59,480 nucleotides of DNA from Sminthopsis crassicaudata (taxonomy: Eukaryota). The position numbers were made by a program, and so were the translations under genes. The notes below the pieces were generated by a model, which saw only the letters and a program-made list of their open reading frames with translations, did not search any database and was not told the DNA's origin. The stretch covers positions 638,893,078-638,952,557 of the forward strand of contig NC_133619.1 in the NCBI RefSeq assembly GCF_048593235.1, read 5' to 3'. Of this stretch, positions 13,102-26,265 are shown one piece after another (positions within the stretch are counted from its first letter, which is position 1; each line of letters opens with the position of its first letter).

Positions 13102-15698
13102 GAAACATTGGCTTAGGCGCATTCACAGCACATCAGATGCTGAGTCAACAAAAGTCCAGGCTCCCCGATTCTCAATTCAGGGTCCTGGCAATATCGCTGC
13201 CCCTTAAACTGAAGCTCAGCTGCAAATTGCACAAAATCTTCTGGTTAGAAAATGCTTCTACTCCGGTCTTAGACGCCAACTGCTCTATAAGCACTGAGCA
13301 TCTTTCTTTAAGGACTGGCTTAAAGTCTATTTCCACTGTAAAGTCTTCCTGACTCCTAACCCGAGGCCCACCTGGAATTCTCTCTCCTCTGAATTTCCAT
13401 AGCACTAATTACATATTTCACTAACCATTTAGCAATGCCCTCTCCTATTGTTTAGTGACATTCATAGATAAATGCCTGCATGCTTGTAAAAGGATTAGCA
13501 CATGTGGAAAGCACCTGTGGATGGTCCTTCCAAGTGGAGGTGGCTAGGGAGCTTCCAGGAAGAGAGATGTCCAGAGGCACTCTATAACTGGTTTAAATCT
13601 GCCCGTCTCTTAGTGAACTGGAGGATCTTTGTTGAATCGTAGAAGCCTCCTCTGGAGGACCAGTAAGCAGAAGACGCTTGGCCATTTGCTCTTTGGTAGA
13701 AGTCTTGGGATCTTTTGCTAATAGTGAGAAACCATGCAGCAAGGGGAGAAGTCTTGGGCCGCTTTTGTGGTCCTTTGAAATGGGTTTTGGCTCTTGACCT
13801 CTTTTAGAGGCTCTGACCTTTTCTAAAAGTCAGGAGAGCAAGCATGTGGCTAGGTGAGTTGTGTGGGTTTTGTTGGTGCTTTTGCAGCCAGCTCAGCCTT
13901 AATGCATGTGGCTAGGTGAGTTATTTGGGTTTTGTTGGGATTTTTGCAGCCAGCTCAGTCCTGATGCCCTGACTCAGGTTAGGGGTAAATGAGAGGACTC
14001 ATCTGATGTAAATTTAGTCGGACCAATGCTATACAACAATGGAACCAATTTTGAACCTAATCTTAAACAAGGTGGGATAAAGAATGTTCCTCTTTAGGAT
14101 TGGGGAATTTGTATTTTTGCTATAGTACCATTGAAGGAGATACCCCTAATTAAGTGGTTAAATGGAACTGGGGAGCTTGTTGATCACCGATACCTAATGG
14201 TATGTAGTAGAGCACAGCACAACTAGTGGAAGTTTGAGTCAATGACAGAAGTATCTTCAAACCCTTTGGGAAACCCCTAGACCTCTGAAGATGTAGTAGC
14301 TGGTCTGATTCTAGAAGTGAGTCAGTCAGAATGTAGTACCCTCCCCCCCCCCAAACTCACTATAGACATTCCCATATCATACATAAAAAGGGGATAGCCA
14401 ACAGAGGCCCAGCTAGTCCTTCCAGCATGCACAATCGGCTCTATTTGGAGCCGACTTGCAAGGAAGACTGGGGAGCTTATTTCCAGAAATACTTGATGTC
14501 TATCTAGGGAAGGGATAGAGGGGGGAAGTAGGGGCAAGATTGGAACACAAAGTTTTGCAAAGGTCAGTGGTGAAAAATTATCTCTGCATGTGTTTTGAAA
14601 AAAGCAATTAAAAAAACAAAAAAAACTTGATGTCCATTTAAAAATCAGGCCCAGTCTTCCAAGTCCAGGCCATGAAGCCCTTCTTCATAAAGCTTTCTTG
14701 GATTACAATAGCTCCCAATGATTGATCCCTCCCCTCAATACCTATTTAAGAGTTTATTTCACTCCTCTGGCACTTAGTCACATTTTTAAAAAATCTTTTT
14801 ATTTCATTCATTTTTTCTTTCATCTCCACTTCTCCACTAGATTTGCTCCTTTTCCTTTTCAGAGAACCATGCTACCAGTTTTCCTATTTCCTTTCTTCCC
14901 TTTTTCCCCCAAACACTTCCCATCTTTCAAGTCCTAGCCCAAATGCACTCTCCTTTATAAAACCAGTGAGCTCTTTCCCCCCCAAATTCTTTCAAAACAT
15001 AGTCTTTGTAAATTCCGGTTCTTTGTAAATGTCTCCTCCAAGACTTCTGAGTCCAAGGGACCGTTTCCTGCTTATTTTTATAACTTTTGAGCACTGGCTC
15101 ATAGAAAGTGCTTAATATGTCAAGTGTTTAATGTATTTGTCTCCCTGATTCGGCTGAGTAGGGTCTTTGTAATATATATTCGTCATATCCCCAACCTAAG
15201 CCCAGCACTCTTACATTTACTTTCTGTAAATGTTTGTTGAATGTTAAACAAATGAAAGTCTTATTTCCCTATCCAGGGAGATTGTACACTTTATTAGGGC
15301 AGGGACCCGATTCACTTTTTAAGTCCCTAATTTAGCAGCACAGGACCTTGGCAGGAGGTGTGACTGTTGGGAAGTAAGGGGAGAGACCTGTCCTTCACGG
15401 CCATCAGTGACATGGTCCGGGTTGGCCTTCGGCGTGCAGTCCTGCGGGACACGGAAGTTAGCTCTCTATGTGTGTCTCCATTTTCTTCTCATCGTCACAC
15501 TGTTAGTTAAGCCTGGCAAATGCTGTTCTATTTCTATGTGCTTGGCTAACCAGTGGGCGAGGACCCTCTTCTCTGGATGGCCGGGCTTTTCCCGGAACAT
15601 CTTGCCAGCTCTCCACAAACTTCTATCTGGGGCGGGCTGTAGCTCCCATTTCTCACTTGGTTATTTCTGTCACCCACCCTAATTCAAGAAACATCCGA

Positions 15699-15853
15699 GG
15701 GGCAGCTAGAGGGCGCAGTGGATAGAGCATCAGCTGTAAGCCAAGAGGACACCAGTTCAAATCTAGTCTCAGATACTTAACCCTGCCTGACCTGGCGACC
15801 CTGGCCAAGTCACTTTACCCCAATTGCTTCAGGGAAAAAAAAAAAGGAAAAAA
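15699..15853 (+). mobile_element. WSINE1-like SINE
   Basis: ggggcagctagagggcgcagtggatagagc...ccagttcaaatc...ccccaattgcttcag followed by an A tail. Confidence 0.85.
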
Positions 15854-16399
15854 TTAAGGAGCGAGTGCCTTACCCTACTGCCGGCTCCTGCCCCGCCCCT
15901 CTAGTTTGCAATTTGGAACAAGAGATAAACCCAGACACAAGTAAACAGGACGAGGCAAGATTAAAAAGGGCTGAGAGGTTAGCTCCACTCTTTCCACCTT
16001 GCAATGTTAAACTGAACTCCTCATTCCCGGTGGCCTTTGAGGACGGTTTGGGGGCGTTACCAGGTTTGTGCTGAACCGCTTTCCTTTAAAGGTGGTGCTG
16101 CTTGGGCAGGACTGGGAAGGGCTCTATTGGGTGACCAAGCAGATACAGAAACAAGATTTCAACAAAAGCAGGATTATGCGGTACATTGAGGGTTTTGCAG
16201 GCCTCGACTTCCCCATGCCCTTTCTGTCTACGCTCCTCCTCCCCGAGTCTCCCTTTATGTCACACCCGACAAAGCATGCCTCACTCAGCACCGGTAGTCC
16301 CCCACTTCTCCGCTAAGAGGGAGGAAGCACCCTTGGTCTCCCAAAGTTGCTTTACCCCTCAGAGTGATTTGGGGAGATTTGGGGGTGGGGTATCAGGCT

Positions 16400-19300
16400 A
16401 CAAAGCACCATCAGCGCCGCCCCTCCCCTTTCCTCCTGGAGCTGGGCGCCTTCTGAGCCACGGGCCAGATGGCATTTCAGAAAAGTCCCGAATTGCCACT
16501 TCTATTACCGTCCCCCCTCCCCACCCCCGCGATCAAGTCGGACTTGCGCGAGGATTTGAGGTTATCTTGCCGCAACCTGGTGGGAATCTGGGGGCCCCGG
16601 GGGGGATCCCCGGATTGGATGGTCGGCTCTCAGGCACTGGCGCTGGGGTCCCCCTCCCCGACTAGACTGTAGGTAGAGGGGCAGCCGGCCCACCCCTTCC
16701 CATTGGACAGATGGGGAAACTGAGGCAGCAAAGTCACGGAGGGCGCGGCGGTACCGGGCCGGGACAGCTCCAGACACATAACGGTCCGTGGAGGCGTCTT
16801 GGCCCAATGCCCTCACTTTACACATTGGGAAACTGAGGCAGGGATGGGCTAAGGACTTGCTGGCGGGAAACAGCAGGAACGGGAAGTCTTCCAATGAAAG
16901 ATTTCGAAGTCTTTCCGCTTCCCACCTGGTACAGCCCAGTCCCTCAGGGAGCTTCTCCTCCAGGCCGCGCCCCTCGTCCCCGGAACCCACACAAAATGGC
17001 GCCCAACGGTTTCCCCGCCCGCCCGTTGCCCCGCCCCCACCATCGCGGGGGGCGGCATGAACCTGCCACGTGACCACCGAGCCTTCCCTTTCCCCCGTCT
17101 AGGCAGGGCGTCCCTGCCTCGTCACGTGATCATCCCTCCCCTCTTTCTCTTTCTCCCCCGCCCCGTTCCACCTTTCTTCCCCTCCCCCCACGCTCCGCAG
17201 CTCCGCCTTACACGGAAAGGCACCGGAGTCAGTCACGTGACCAAACCCATCGCTTCCCCTCCCGTCCGCCAGCGACAGGGAAAGTCATGTGATATGCATG
17301 ACTCTCAGCCTCGCCCCTCCGGCACGCGAGAGGGCGGCAGCGGGCTTCCGTCACGTGATCATCCCGCCCCAGGCGAAGTTCAAACTCCTTTTCCCTTCCC
17401 AGGCCCCGCCCACTCACGCAGCCCCGCCCCCCCATTGCTTCGCGCGGGAATCCGGGTGGGAACCGAATGTGAAGAGGGCAAGGCGTCGGCGCGCGCACGG
17501 GCTAAGGGGCAGAGGCCGGCGCCTGCAGGCGACGTACGCCGGCGCGCGCCGCGCAGCACGCACGCATGCACGCAGCGCGCGCTGGGCCCGGGCGGGCCGG
17601 GCCGGGGAGGGAGGGAGCGAGGGGGGTGGTGTGCGCGCGCAGCCTGGAGGGAGAGAGAGGCAGGCAGGCGGGCGAGCGCCAGGCACGAAGCGCGAGGCGG
17701 GCGCGCGAGCCCCCGGGGGCGGGTAAAACCCGGTTGCTGCTGCTGCTCCTGCCCCCGCCCCCGCCCCCCTCCCCCCTTCCCTCTCCCCCGACTTCTCCCC
17801 CCCCAGACCTCCTCAGACCCGCCCCCTCCCCCCCAACCTCCTCAGGCCGGCCCCCCTCCCTCAGGCGGCCTTATCCCCGTCCCTGCACCCCCAGGCCTTG
17901 CAATCGCCCCCCCACCCCGCCCCTTCTGAGCACCCCTTCCCAGCAAAAAACCCTTCCTTCCCGCCGGCCCCCCGCCGAGCATCCCCTCCCCCACCAGCCC
18001 CCTAAACGAGCATCCCCTCCCCCACCCCCGGAGCACCCCTCCGGCCCCCCGCCGAGCATTCCCTCCCCCCTCAGAGCATCCCGTCCCCACCAATGCCCCT
18101 CTTCCGCTCTCTCCACTGAACACCCCCTCCCAGCAAATGCCGCTTTCTCTTTGCCCGCCATTTAACATAGCCCTCCCGCATTCAATGCGCCGCCCCTCCC
18201 GGCGGAGAGCATCCCACCCCAGCATTTGCCCGGACTCAGACCCCCCCTTAGCATCTCTCCTTAGCATTCCCTCCCAGCAAACGCCCCCCCGGGCGCCCCC
18301 AATTTAACTCAGACCCCCCCAGCACACTCTCCCAGCAGGAATTCTCCGTCCCTCCTCCCCCCTCGGCCCCCCTCAGATCTGCTCTCGGGCCACAGTCCTG
18401 GCCGCCGGCCTGCCCCAGCAAAGCCCCTCCCGCCCCGCTCTCCGCTCCTTGCAATAGCCCTCTTCCTCCCAGGACCTTCCTCCTCCTCTAGCTCAGACCC
18501 GTCATTTCCAGCACAAACTTCCCCTCCAGGAACTCCCTGCCCTTCCACCCGAGGCGCCCCCACTCCCCCCCTCCAAATAGCCCTCCCCAGCCGGCCGCCC
18601 CTCCCCCAAGCAGACATTCCAGCTCCAGCCCCAATAAAAACTCTTCCTGGATCGAGCCTCTCCTTCAGCGAAAGCCCCCTGCCTCGTCTCCCTTCCGGGG
18701 AAAGGCCTCCAGAGCCCCCGTCGACTTCCCAGCAGCTGCCCCTTCCCCTAACTTGACCATCCCCCCCCCTTCCTTCCACCACCCGCTTCCAGGACCAGAG
18801 GGAAAAGCTGTTGAGCAGGCAAAAGAAATTGGATTTGTGTGTGAAGGTGGCCCCGGCACCTGGAGGAAAGCCCCTGATGGTGGGCCTGGCCGCCTCGTGA
18901 GCCCCAAGGTGCCTAGAACTGACCCCCAGAGCCTCGGCTTGGCTCTCCCGGTGAGTGTCCCAGACCAAGGCCCGCGAGGGCCACCCAGGGACTGAGTGGG
19001 GGGCAGAGTGGGGTCCCCCTGCGGGGCCAACGCGCCGCCCCACTCCTGCTTGAAGCTGTTTGAGGAGGGGGCTCTGGTGCCATCTGCCGCCGGCAGCCGC
19101 CTCGCCCCTCGCCAAACCGAGCTGCAACCACCGGCTGCGGCCCCGGGGAGCTCCCGGTGTGAGGGGCCGCCGCTTCCCCCTTCAGTGCTCCCTGCACATC
19201 CCAGTGCCCCGTCATTGAATTGCACCGAGCTGCAGACTGGCCGCACCCCCTGCCCCCAACCGTCTGCTCACTTCGTGGAAGTTTTCCTCCCCAGGATGCT

Positions 19301-19700
19301 CCTTTCAGTAAATCTGGAGGGGAGGCCCTGGCCTAGCCAGGTGCAAGAGGCCGGAGAGCGCCAGTGCAGGCTGAGGCCCCAAGGGGGGAGGGAAGGAGAA
19401 GGTTGTTGGGCAGTTGTTTGGGGTGCCGGAAAAGCTGACGGGAAGCCCGCTGTTTGCACCTTAAATAACAGTTGGCTCGTCTACGTGTTGGCAAAACACT
19501 CCAGGGTTCTCCCCCAGCCCTCCCTGCCGGCCAGCAGCCTAGAATAACCCTGGATTTAGAGATTTGGAAGCGAGCATAAAAGCTGTAAAAGGTCAGCCGC
19601 TAAAAGAGGGCCGCAGGATTGGAACCCACATCTCAGGCTCCACGTTGGGCCGTTCGCTTTCCCTTCACCTCAAGGGCCGGTCCAACGGTGGCATTTTAAA
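16400..19700. promoter_or_regulatory. Large CpG island promoter, probably BICRA (minus strand, by synteny), possibly bidirectional
   Basis: Very high GC and CpG content, GC boxes, YY1-like sites (16992-17001 +, 18156-18163 -), NRF1-like GCATGC runs, E-box cluster. The gene assignment rests on human order BICRA(divergent)-ZNF541-NAPA. Confidence 0.75.
17066..17360. promoter_or_regulatory. Cluster of five E-box/CLEAR-like motifs
   Basis: CACGTG 17067, GTCACGTGAT 17121, GTCACGTGAC 17232, GTCATGTGAT 17284, GTCACGTGAT 17350. Confidence 0.7.
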
Positions 19701-22700
19701 GTTGAAGAAGCGGACAGAGAGACACGCGTGAGTGACGAGAGCAGGATGAGTGCCCCCTTCTGGGATCCCCCAGTACAGTGACTTAGCAGACAGTTGTTCT
19801 GGAACACGCAGGTTGGTGTAGGTCAGTGTTTCATTTTGAGGAAGGCTGGGAAGCAGTTTCTTCTCCCTCCCTCGAGACATGCTTGAAAACCCATTAATTT
19901 TTCCCAAGTGGCTCCAGCCTTTTATCCTGCCCCATTAAAAAAAAAAGTGCAATCACCCAAACCAAAAATGCTTATGAAGAGTGGAAAAAAAGTCATCAAA
20001 GGTGGAATTTGCCCTTTGAATTTTCCCTTTTCTTCACCCTTTATGGAAATTGTAACTGGAGGGAAGTATCCTGGGTACTTTGCTAGAAGCTAGATTCCGC
20101 CTTCCCGTCCTCTGCCGTTCCTGTCCACATTTTACTGAAAAAAGCACAGCGAATCGTGCCCTTGGGAATCCTCATTCTCAGCCGGCTTTTCCAGTCACAC
20201 GTGCCCTTTTAGGCTTTTTAGGCCACTCCTTTTATGAGGCACGAAGCTTAAAACCCAAGTAAAAAAGAGAGACTCGTAAATGTATATGTGTGTATGATAT
20301 ATGTGTATACATAGTAAATATGTGTGTATGGACACGGGCTCATAGAGTACATTGTGTCGCGTATGCATACAGATATGTGTCCTTTAGGGCTGAGTAAGGA
20401 ATGGGGGAGAGCCCCGGGAGGCTTTGGCGGAGTCCTGCAGGTGGGAGGCCACAGCCCCCAGAAAGCAGGTAAAAGTTGCCCAGGGGCTCAGAACAGAAAC
20501 CGCATTTGAACCAGTTGTTCCTCCGCTGCACCAAGCGATCTTCCCCATCCACCCCTGAGAGCGGACCCCTTCCACCTCCTGATGGAGCAGCCATTCCGCA
20601 GGGAGAAAGGGACCAGGGCCCCTCAGAAAAGCTTCAGGGACACTTTTTAAAAGGCAGGTGTTTGAGCCTTCAGGAAACTTAATTTAAAAATCCCATCAAT
20701 CCACACAGGGGAGTGCCCAAGCTGAGCGGGGGGCAGCTTTTACCCTCCCGGTCATGAGGAAAATGCTCGAGTGGATGGTGACCACAATGGCCTAACCACA
20801 GTTTTTTAAGTTTCTGCTGGGTGTATCTGAGCAGAGATGGTCCTTTGCCTGCAGGCACCGTGGATCTAGGAAGGGGGAGCGAGACCCAAGCACCCAGAAA
20901 AGCCACATTCCCAGTCATTCCTGCCTGCATCGCCTCCGGCCAGAGGGGAAGTTGTTCCGGAGAAGGAGGAATCTGGGAAAGTTCATGAGGAAGGGGACCT
21001 TCTTTTTAAAAGTTGGGTGGGACTTTGTGCTGCAGAGGGGCAGGAGAGAAGGTGGCACATCGTGGGGGTCTGCAGCCCCCCAGTCTGTCAGGCTAGAGCC
21101 TCTGGATGAAAGGGATACGAAGAGGTGACGCCACGTGGTAGTTTGTGGTGAGCGCCACAGGGTGGTGCTAGAGGTGGCAGCTTGAGATGCTGGCAGAATC
21201 CTCAGAATGGGCACTGCCAGCCACCAGCCTCCTGGCATCCTGGGGAAGGGCGTCGTTTACAGAAAAGGGCTTTAGGACCAGGCTGGGGAGTTCTCCCAAG
21301 GCTAGGCTGAGTGGCAGGAATGCCTCTGCAGAGAGGCTCGAGGCCCAGTCAGAGGCAGCTTCACCCCCATCCCAGATTTGACCTTCAGGATCCTTAGTTT
21401 CTTCATCAGCAAATGGGAATGGCAGCACACAGGCCAGTTATGAGGATCTCGTGATAATGGGATAGAAAACACTTTGCTAAACATAAAACACTGGAAAATG
21501 TCAGCTAGTTTTATCCACAGAAGGTGAACCGTCTCCTGAAACAGCCTTGGAATTTATCATCTAGGCCAGTGTCTTCACTTTACTGATGAGAAAAGAAAAA
21601 GGCACAGAGAGGATTTGTTTCTAGTGGTAGGTGACCGTCAGGTGTTGGAGTGCAGGGGGCACTTGGAGCCAGACACAGTGGAGTTCAGATTCAGTATATC
21701 AGACACAGGACTAGCCAGTGTTCCTGGGCAAGACTCTTATGATCCCTGCCCCGGTTTCCCTGCCTGTAAAGTGTCGCTCTTTTAGGGTTATTGTGAGATC
21801 AGATGGAATAATAGGTATAAAGCCCTTAGCAAACCTGAAAACTCCAAATAGATGCTAGTGTTGATGATAGGGCGCTAAATATTATGGAGCCTAAACCCTC
21901 TGGCTTAGTGCTTTTCCATTGCACCGCACTGCCTTCTGTCTCATACTTGTGAAACCACAGGAAGGGAATTGAGAGGAACTGAGAAAGGAGATTAGTGCAT
22001 GCTCGGGTCCCAAAGAAGAGAGGAACACTTCCCTCCATTCCTTTGCATAGACGATGGATGGCCCCCCCCAAAATTAGTAGAACACTAGGTTGTTGTTTTT
22101 TTTCATGTATTGTTGGTCGTATTGATTGTTTCCTCTTCGACTTTTTTTTTTTTCTTAAAAATATCAAGCAGCTTTGTTATATGGAACAGGGAAATTCAGG
22201 TGATCCAAAAAATCAAGGCCATCAATGATTTTTTTAAAATCTATTTTGTTTTTATTTTATTTTAAAAAGAAGAGGCGTCCACTCTCAGGGCTTGCCCTCG
22301 GACCTTCCCCATGTTAGTGTCCAGTCAGTTAGCATTATTAGGCACCAGTTGTGAGCAGATCCTTGTGCCGGATGTTAGGGACAAAGACAAGACCAAGTCT
22401 TCTGAGAGCCCAGCTTCTGTGAGGTTCCGCAGCTACATAGAGAAGTTGTAGAGACGGGCCGACTGAGCTGGGCCTTCCAAGATCTGGAGAGAGGTGGGGG
22501 CGAAGGCCCAGAATAAGGAGAGGCAGTTGGTGAAATAAGTTTGGAAAGAGGAGCCCAGAAGGGTCACTTTGGTTTCTCTTTGGCAGGTAGAGTAGAAGTT
22601 GGGGCAGGGAGGCCGATGATCAGTATTGGGAGAGAGGGACGATGGTCCCTTTGTCACTTCTAGGCCCCTGGAGGGAAGTGATCTCCACAGAAGGAGCAAG

Positions 22701-25375
22701 TGTGGGGAGGGCTGGGGAGGCCGTCAGGAGTTCTGTCCTTCCCTGCCCGCTGCACAGACGTTAGGGAGAGCCTGTGGCAGGCAGGCGGGGGCTCAGGAGA
22801 GAAGGGGCCCTTCCTCCCTCCCCCCTCCCCCCTCCCCCCCTTGCTTCCCAGCCAGGGGCCCAGGAAGCTGATGTCCGATTCTTCTTGACCCCCTTATGGT
22901 GTTTTCTTGGCAGAAGCAACTGGAGTTGTTATTTCCTCCTGCAGCTCATTTTGCAGATGAGGAAACTGAGGCAGACAGGGTCAAGTTTTTACTTGTCCAG
23001 GGTCACCTAGTCCAGATGTCTGAGGCTGCAGTTAACTCAGGAGGACCAGTCTTCCTGACTCAAGGCCCTGGGCTCTCGCCCCCTTGGCACCCCCTGGCGG
23101 CCAAAACTAACCCTTGGGTCCCTTTCTTTACCTGAGCTCCTGCCTTCGGCGGGGGCGACTTTCCCCATGCTGGTTTTGATATATTTGATATGTTTTTGAT
23201 ATATTTAAGGTCGGCACAAGAACTTAAATGGAAATTTAGGGGGGGATTTTGCGGGAGCCCCAGATGACATGCACAGGCTGGCAGACGATCTGGAGCCTAT
23301 GACCAAATGCTTAACCTCAGTTTTACTCTGAGTAAACACTCCATCAAAGAAAAAGTTCGGGTTGTTTTGGTTAGAAGGGAGGACCAATTTTATGCTGACC
23401 ATAGGGGTGTCGTGCCTTACTCCAAGCCCCACAATGTGGAAGGGATAGCTCTTTCCTTTCTAAGTACATTTTTATTGATAGCTTTTGTTTTGACATCATC
23501 TTGGCTTTCCCTAGTATCTTTCCTCTCCTCCTTCCAGAATCCACCCCATATAACAAATAGTACTTATTGAAGATTTAAAAAGAGGAGAAAAATAGCACAA
23601 TGGACGAGTCTGTTGAAAAAAAGTAAAAAAAAACAACAAAAAAACCAACTTACATAGTGTGTAATACCCATTCCCCCCACCTTCTTGAGGGATGGAGTGG
23701 GGGAGTACATCCTCTCCTATCTCCTCCAAGTCTTGTTGAGCTTTATAATTCCAGCACAGGCACTTTTTGACTTTTGGAGCGGGTATGGCAGTCCTCGACG
23801 TCATCGTTAGTCATACAGTCTCTTGTGACTTTGGCTCAGCTTGCTTCCAGGCTCCTCTTTGTTGTTCATCTTTCTTTCGGCACGCTCCTTCTCCACTGCA
23901 TCCACGGACGTGATTTGTTAGGCATTTCTCAGGCAGTGGGCACAGTTTTGGTGTTTGGGCTCATTTTCTTTAACCATAAGGAAGAGGTGGGAGTAAGTTC
24001 ATTTTGGGGCCCCAACCATGAGCTACAGCTACTCTCCTGACTTGTTCTCCAGGGACCTCCAGAAGTGTTGTCAAACCGTTGAGGAGTGAAGGGAAGAGGT
24101 CACTATTCTTTTTATCCTTCCACTAATTAAGTAGAGAAAATGGAAGGAAATAAGATTTCGTTCTTTTTTGTGCATTAGAAAAAAAATTAAAGACAGTACC
24201 GTGGGATTAAAAAGAACTTTAAAACATCAGGTAATTCAGACAAGTTTCTGAAGATCTGTTTCCTGCATCCCGATTCAGCTGTATTGGAATTATACTTGGG
24301 GATGTGGAGATGTATACATTTGTATTTTTCTAATCGGAGCCGAAGGTACCCCAGTAAGGAGAAGGACGTAGGCCCCACAGTTTTGACTGATGCCCTTCAG
24401 TTTTTACTATTATATTCTGAACAGACCTTTCCTGCTTCATGCCCTGTATTTGGTAACCCTCAAACAAACCAAACATTCAAACTGCAGCATCACAGGCCTG
24501 GAGATGAGGGGAGCTGGCAGCTGGCCCGTCTGTGAAAGGGATCCCCAAGCTCATTTCCTGCCAACGGTGAGGAGGCGGTGGTGGCGTGGCCCAGCTCAGC
24601 CCATTCTGCTTGGGGGGGGGCAGTTGTCCTAACTGATAGAGCCTCTTCTCCATCTGCTGATTTTGCCTTTTGAGGTCAGCCAACAAGTTTAATCTCTTTC
24701 CCACATGCCTTGACTACAGCTATTCTATTCTGCCCAAGTCTTCTCTAGGTGCTGTATACCCAGTACTTTTAACCATTGCTCCTGTAATAGGCATAAGAAC
24801 CTGGTCCTGCTTCTAGCCCAGGCTTCAGAGATGTCATCCAGGGAGGCAGTTTTTGGGAAGGGTTTGGCCAGCTAGCCTCACCAGCTGCCCCTGTCCCTGA
24901 AGGGTAAAGCACCTTGAAGGAGAGGCGGGAGGCAGGATGTGCTGGGCACCTTGACCACCATCTCCACCACCATCTCTACCACCATCTCCACCATCTCTGA
25001 TGGAGACAGTCTAAGACACTGAACCCAAGAATCTTGGGGATATCCAGCTTTCCAGCCCAGTGCTTGGTGCCATCATCCTGGGCAGATGCCCCTGTGGAGA
25101 TGCAGCCTGGTCGCTGCCCTGAAGATTCAGAAAGTTTGAAAAGTCTTGTGACCAAATGCCTTGGTCCTGCCCAGTGGATCAGCTTCAGAAATTGACTGGA
25201 TTATCTCGGGGGGGATGACATTCAGGAAGAGGCAGTACCTTCTGTCCTCCAAGGGACCTCTTCATCTGGGTGGTCCCTGCAACCTTCTGTGGGTGCTATG
25301 TCCTCATAAGAATAGGAGCTTCCTGAGGGCAGCCTGGGCCACTTGCTTTTCTGGTTTTTTTGTTCTATTTATAAT

Positions 25376-26265
25376 AGTAGCTTTTTATTTTTCAAAATAC
25401 AAGCAAAGATAGTTTTCAACATCCACCCTTGCAAAATCTTATGTTCCATATTTTTCTCCCTGCCTCCTTATCTCCCCTCTCCCTTAGACAGCAAGTAATC
25501 CAATATAGGTTAAACATGTTCTTCTAAACATATTCCCACATTTATCATGCTGCACAAGAAAAATCAGATCAAAAAGGGGGAAAAAAATGAGAGAAAAAAT
25601 GACAACAAAAAAGGTGAAAATACTCTGTTGTGCTCCACATTCAATCCCCATAGTCCTCTCTCTGGATACAGATGGCTCCTTCACAAGCCTTTTGGAACTG
25701 GCCTGAGTCACCTCATTGTTAGAAAGAGAACATAATTTTGTTGTTAGTGTGCGCAGTATTCTCCTGGTTCTGGTCACTTCTCTTAGTATCAGTTCCTGTA
25801 ATTCTCTCTAGGTCTTTCTGAAATCATCTTACTGATCATTTCCTATAGAATAATCATATTCCATCACATTTATACCATAACTAATTCAGGCATTCCCCAA
25901 CTGATGGGCAGCCACAGTTCTTTGCCACCACAAAAAGGGCTGCCACAAACATTTTTGCACATGCAGGTCCCTTTCCCTTTTTTATGCTCTTTTTGGGCTA
26001 CAGACCCAGTTCACTTTTCTCTTTTTTAAAAAAGCTTTTTATTTTCAAAAAATATGTATAGATAATCATCAACATTCCTCCTTGCAAAGTCTTATGTTCC
26101 AAATTTTTCTCTCTTCCTTCCCCCATCCCTCCCTTAGGCAGCAAGTAATCTAATATGTGTTAAACACGTTCAATTCTTTTATACATATTTCCACAATTAT
26201 CATGCTACACAAGAAAAATCAGATCAAAGAGAAAAAACAATGAGAAAGAAAACAAAAAGCATTTC
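25376..26265 (-). mobile_element. Two adjacent L1 3' fragments
   Basis: Poly-T starts at about 25376 and 26015; ccttgcaaa...ttatgttcc, gcaagtaatc and ctgatgggcagccacag...aaaagggctgccacaaac. Confidence 0.75.

Noticed and set aside
16186-19547. Long overlapping Pro/Gly/Arg-rich ORFs (e.g. 17057-17929, 18309-19127)
   Set aside because: Stop-codon depletion in a GC-rich island; low complexity, no recognisable domain and no BICRA coding match
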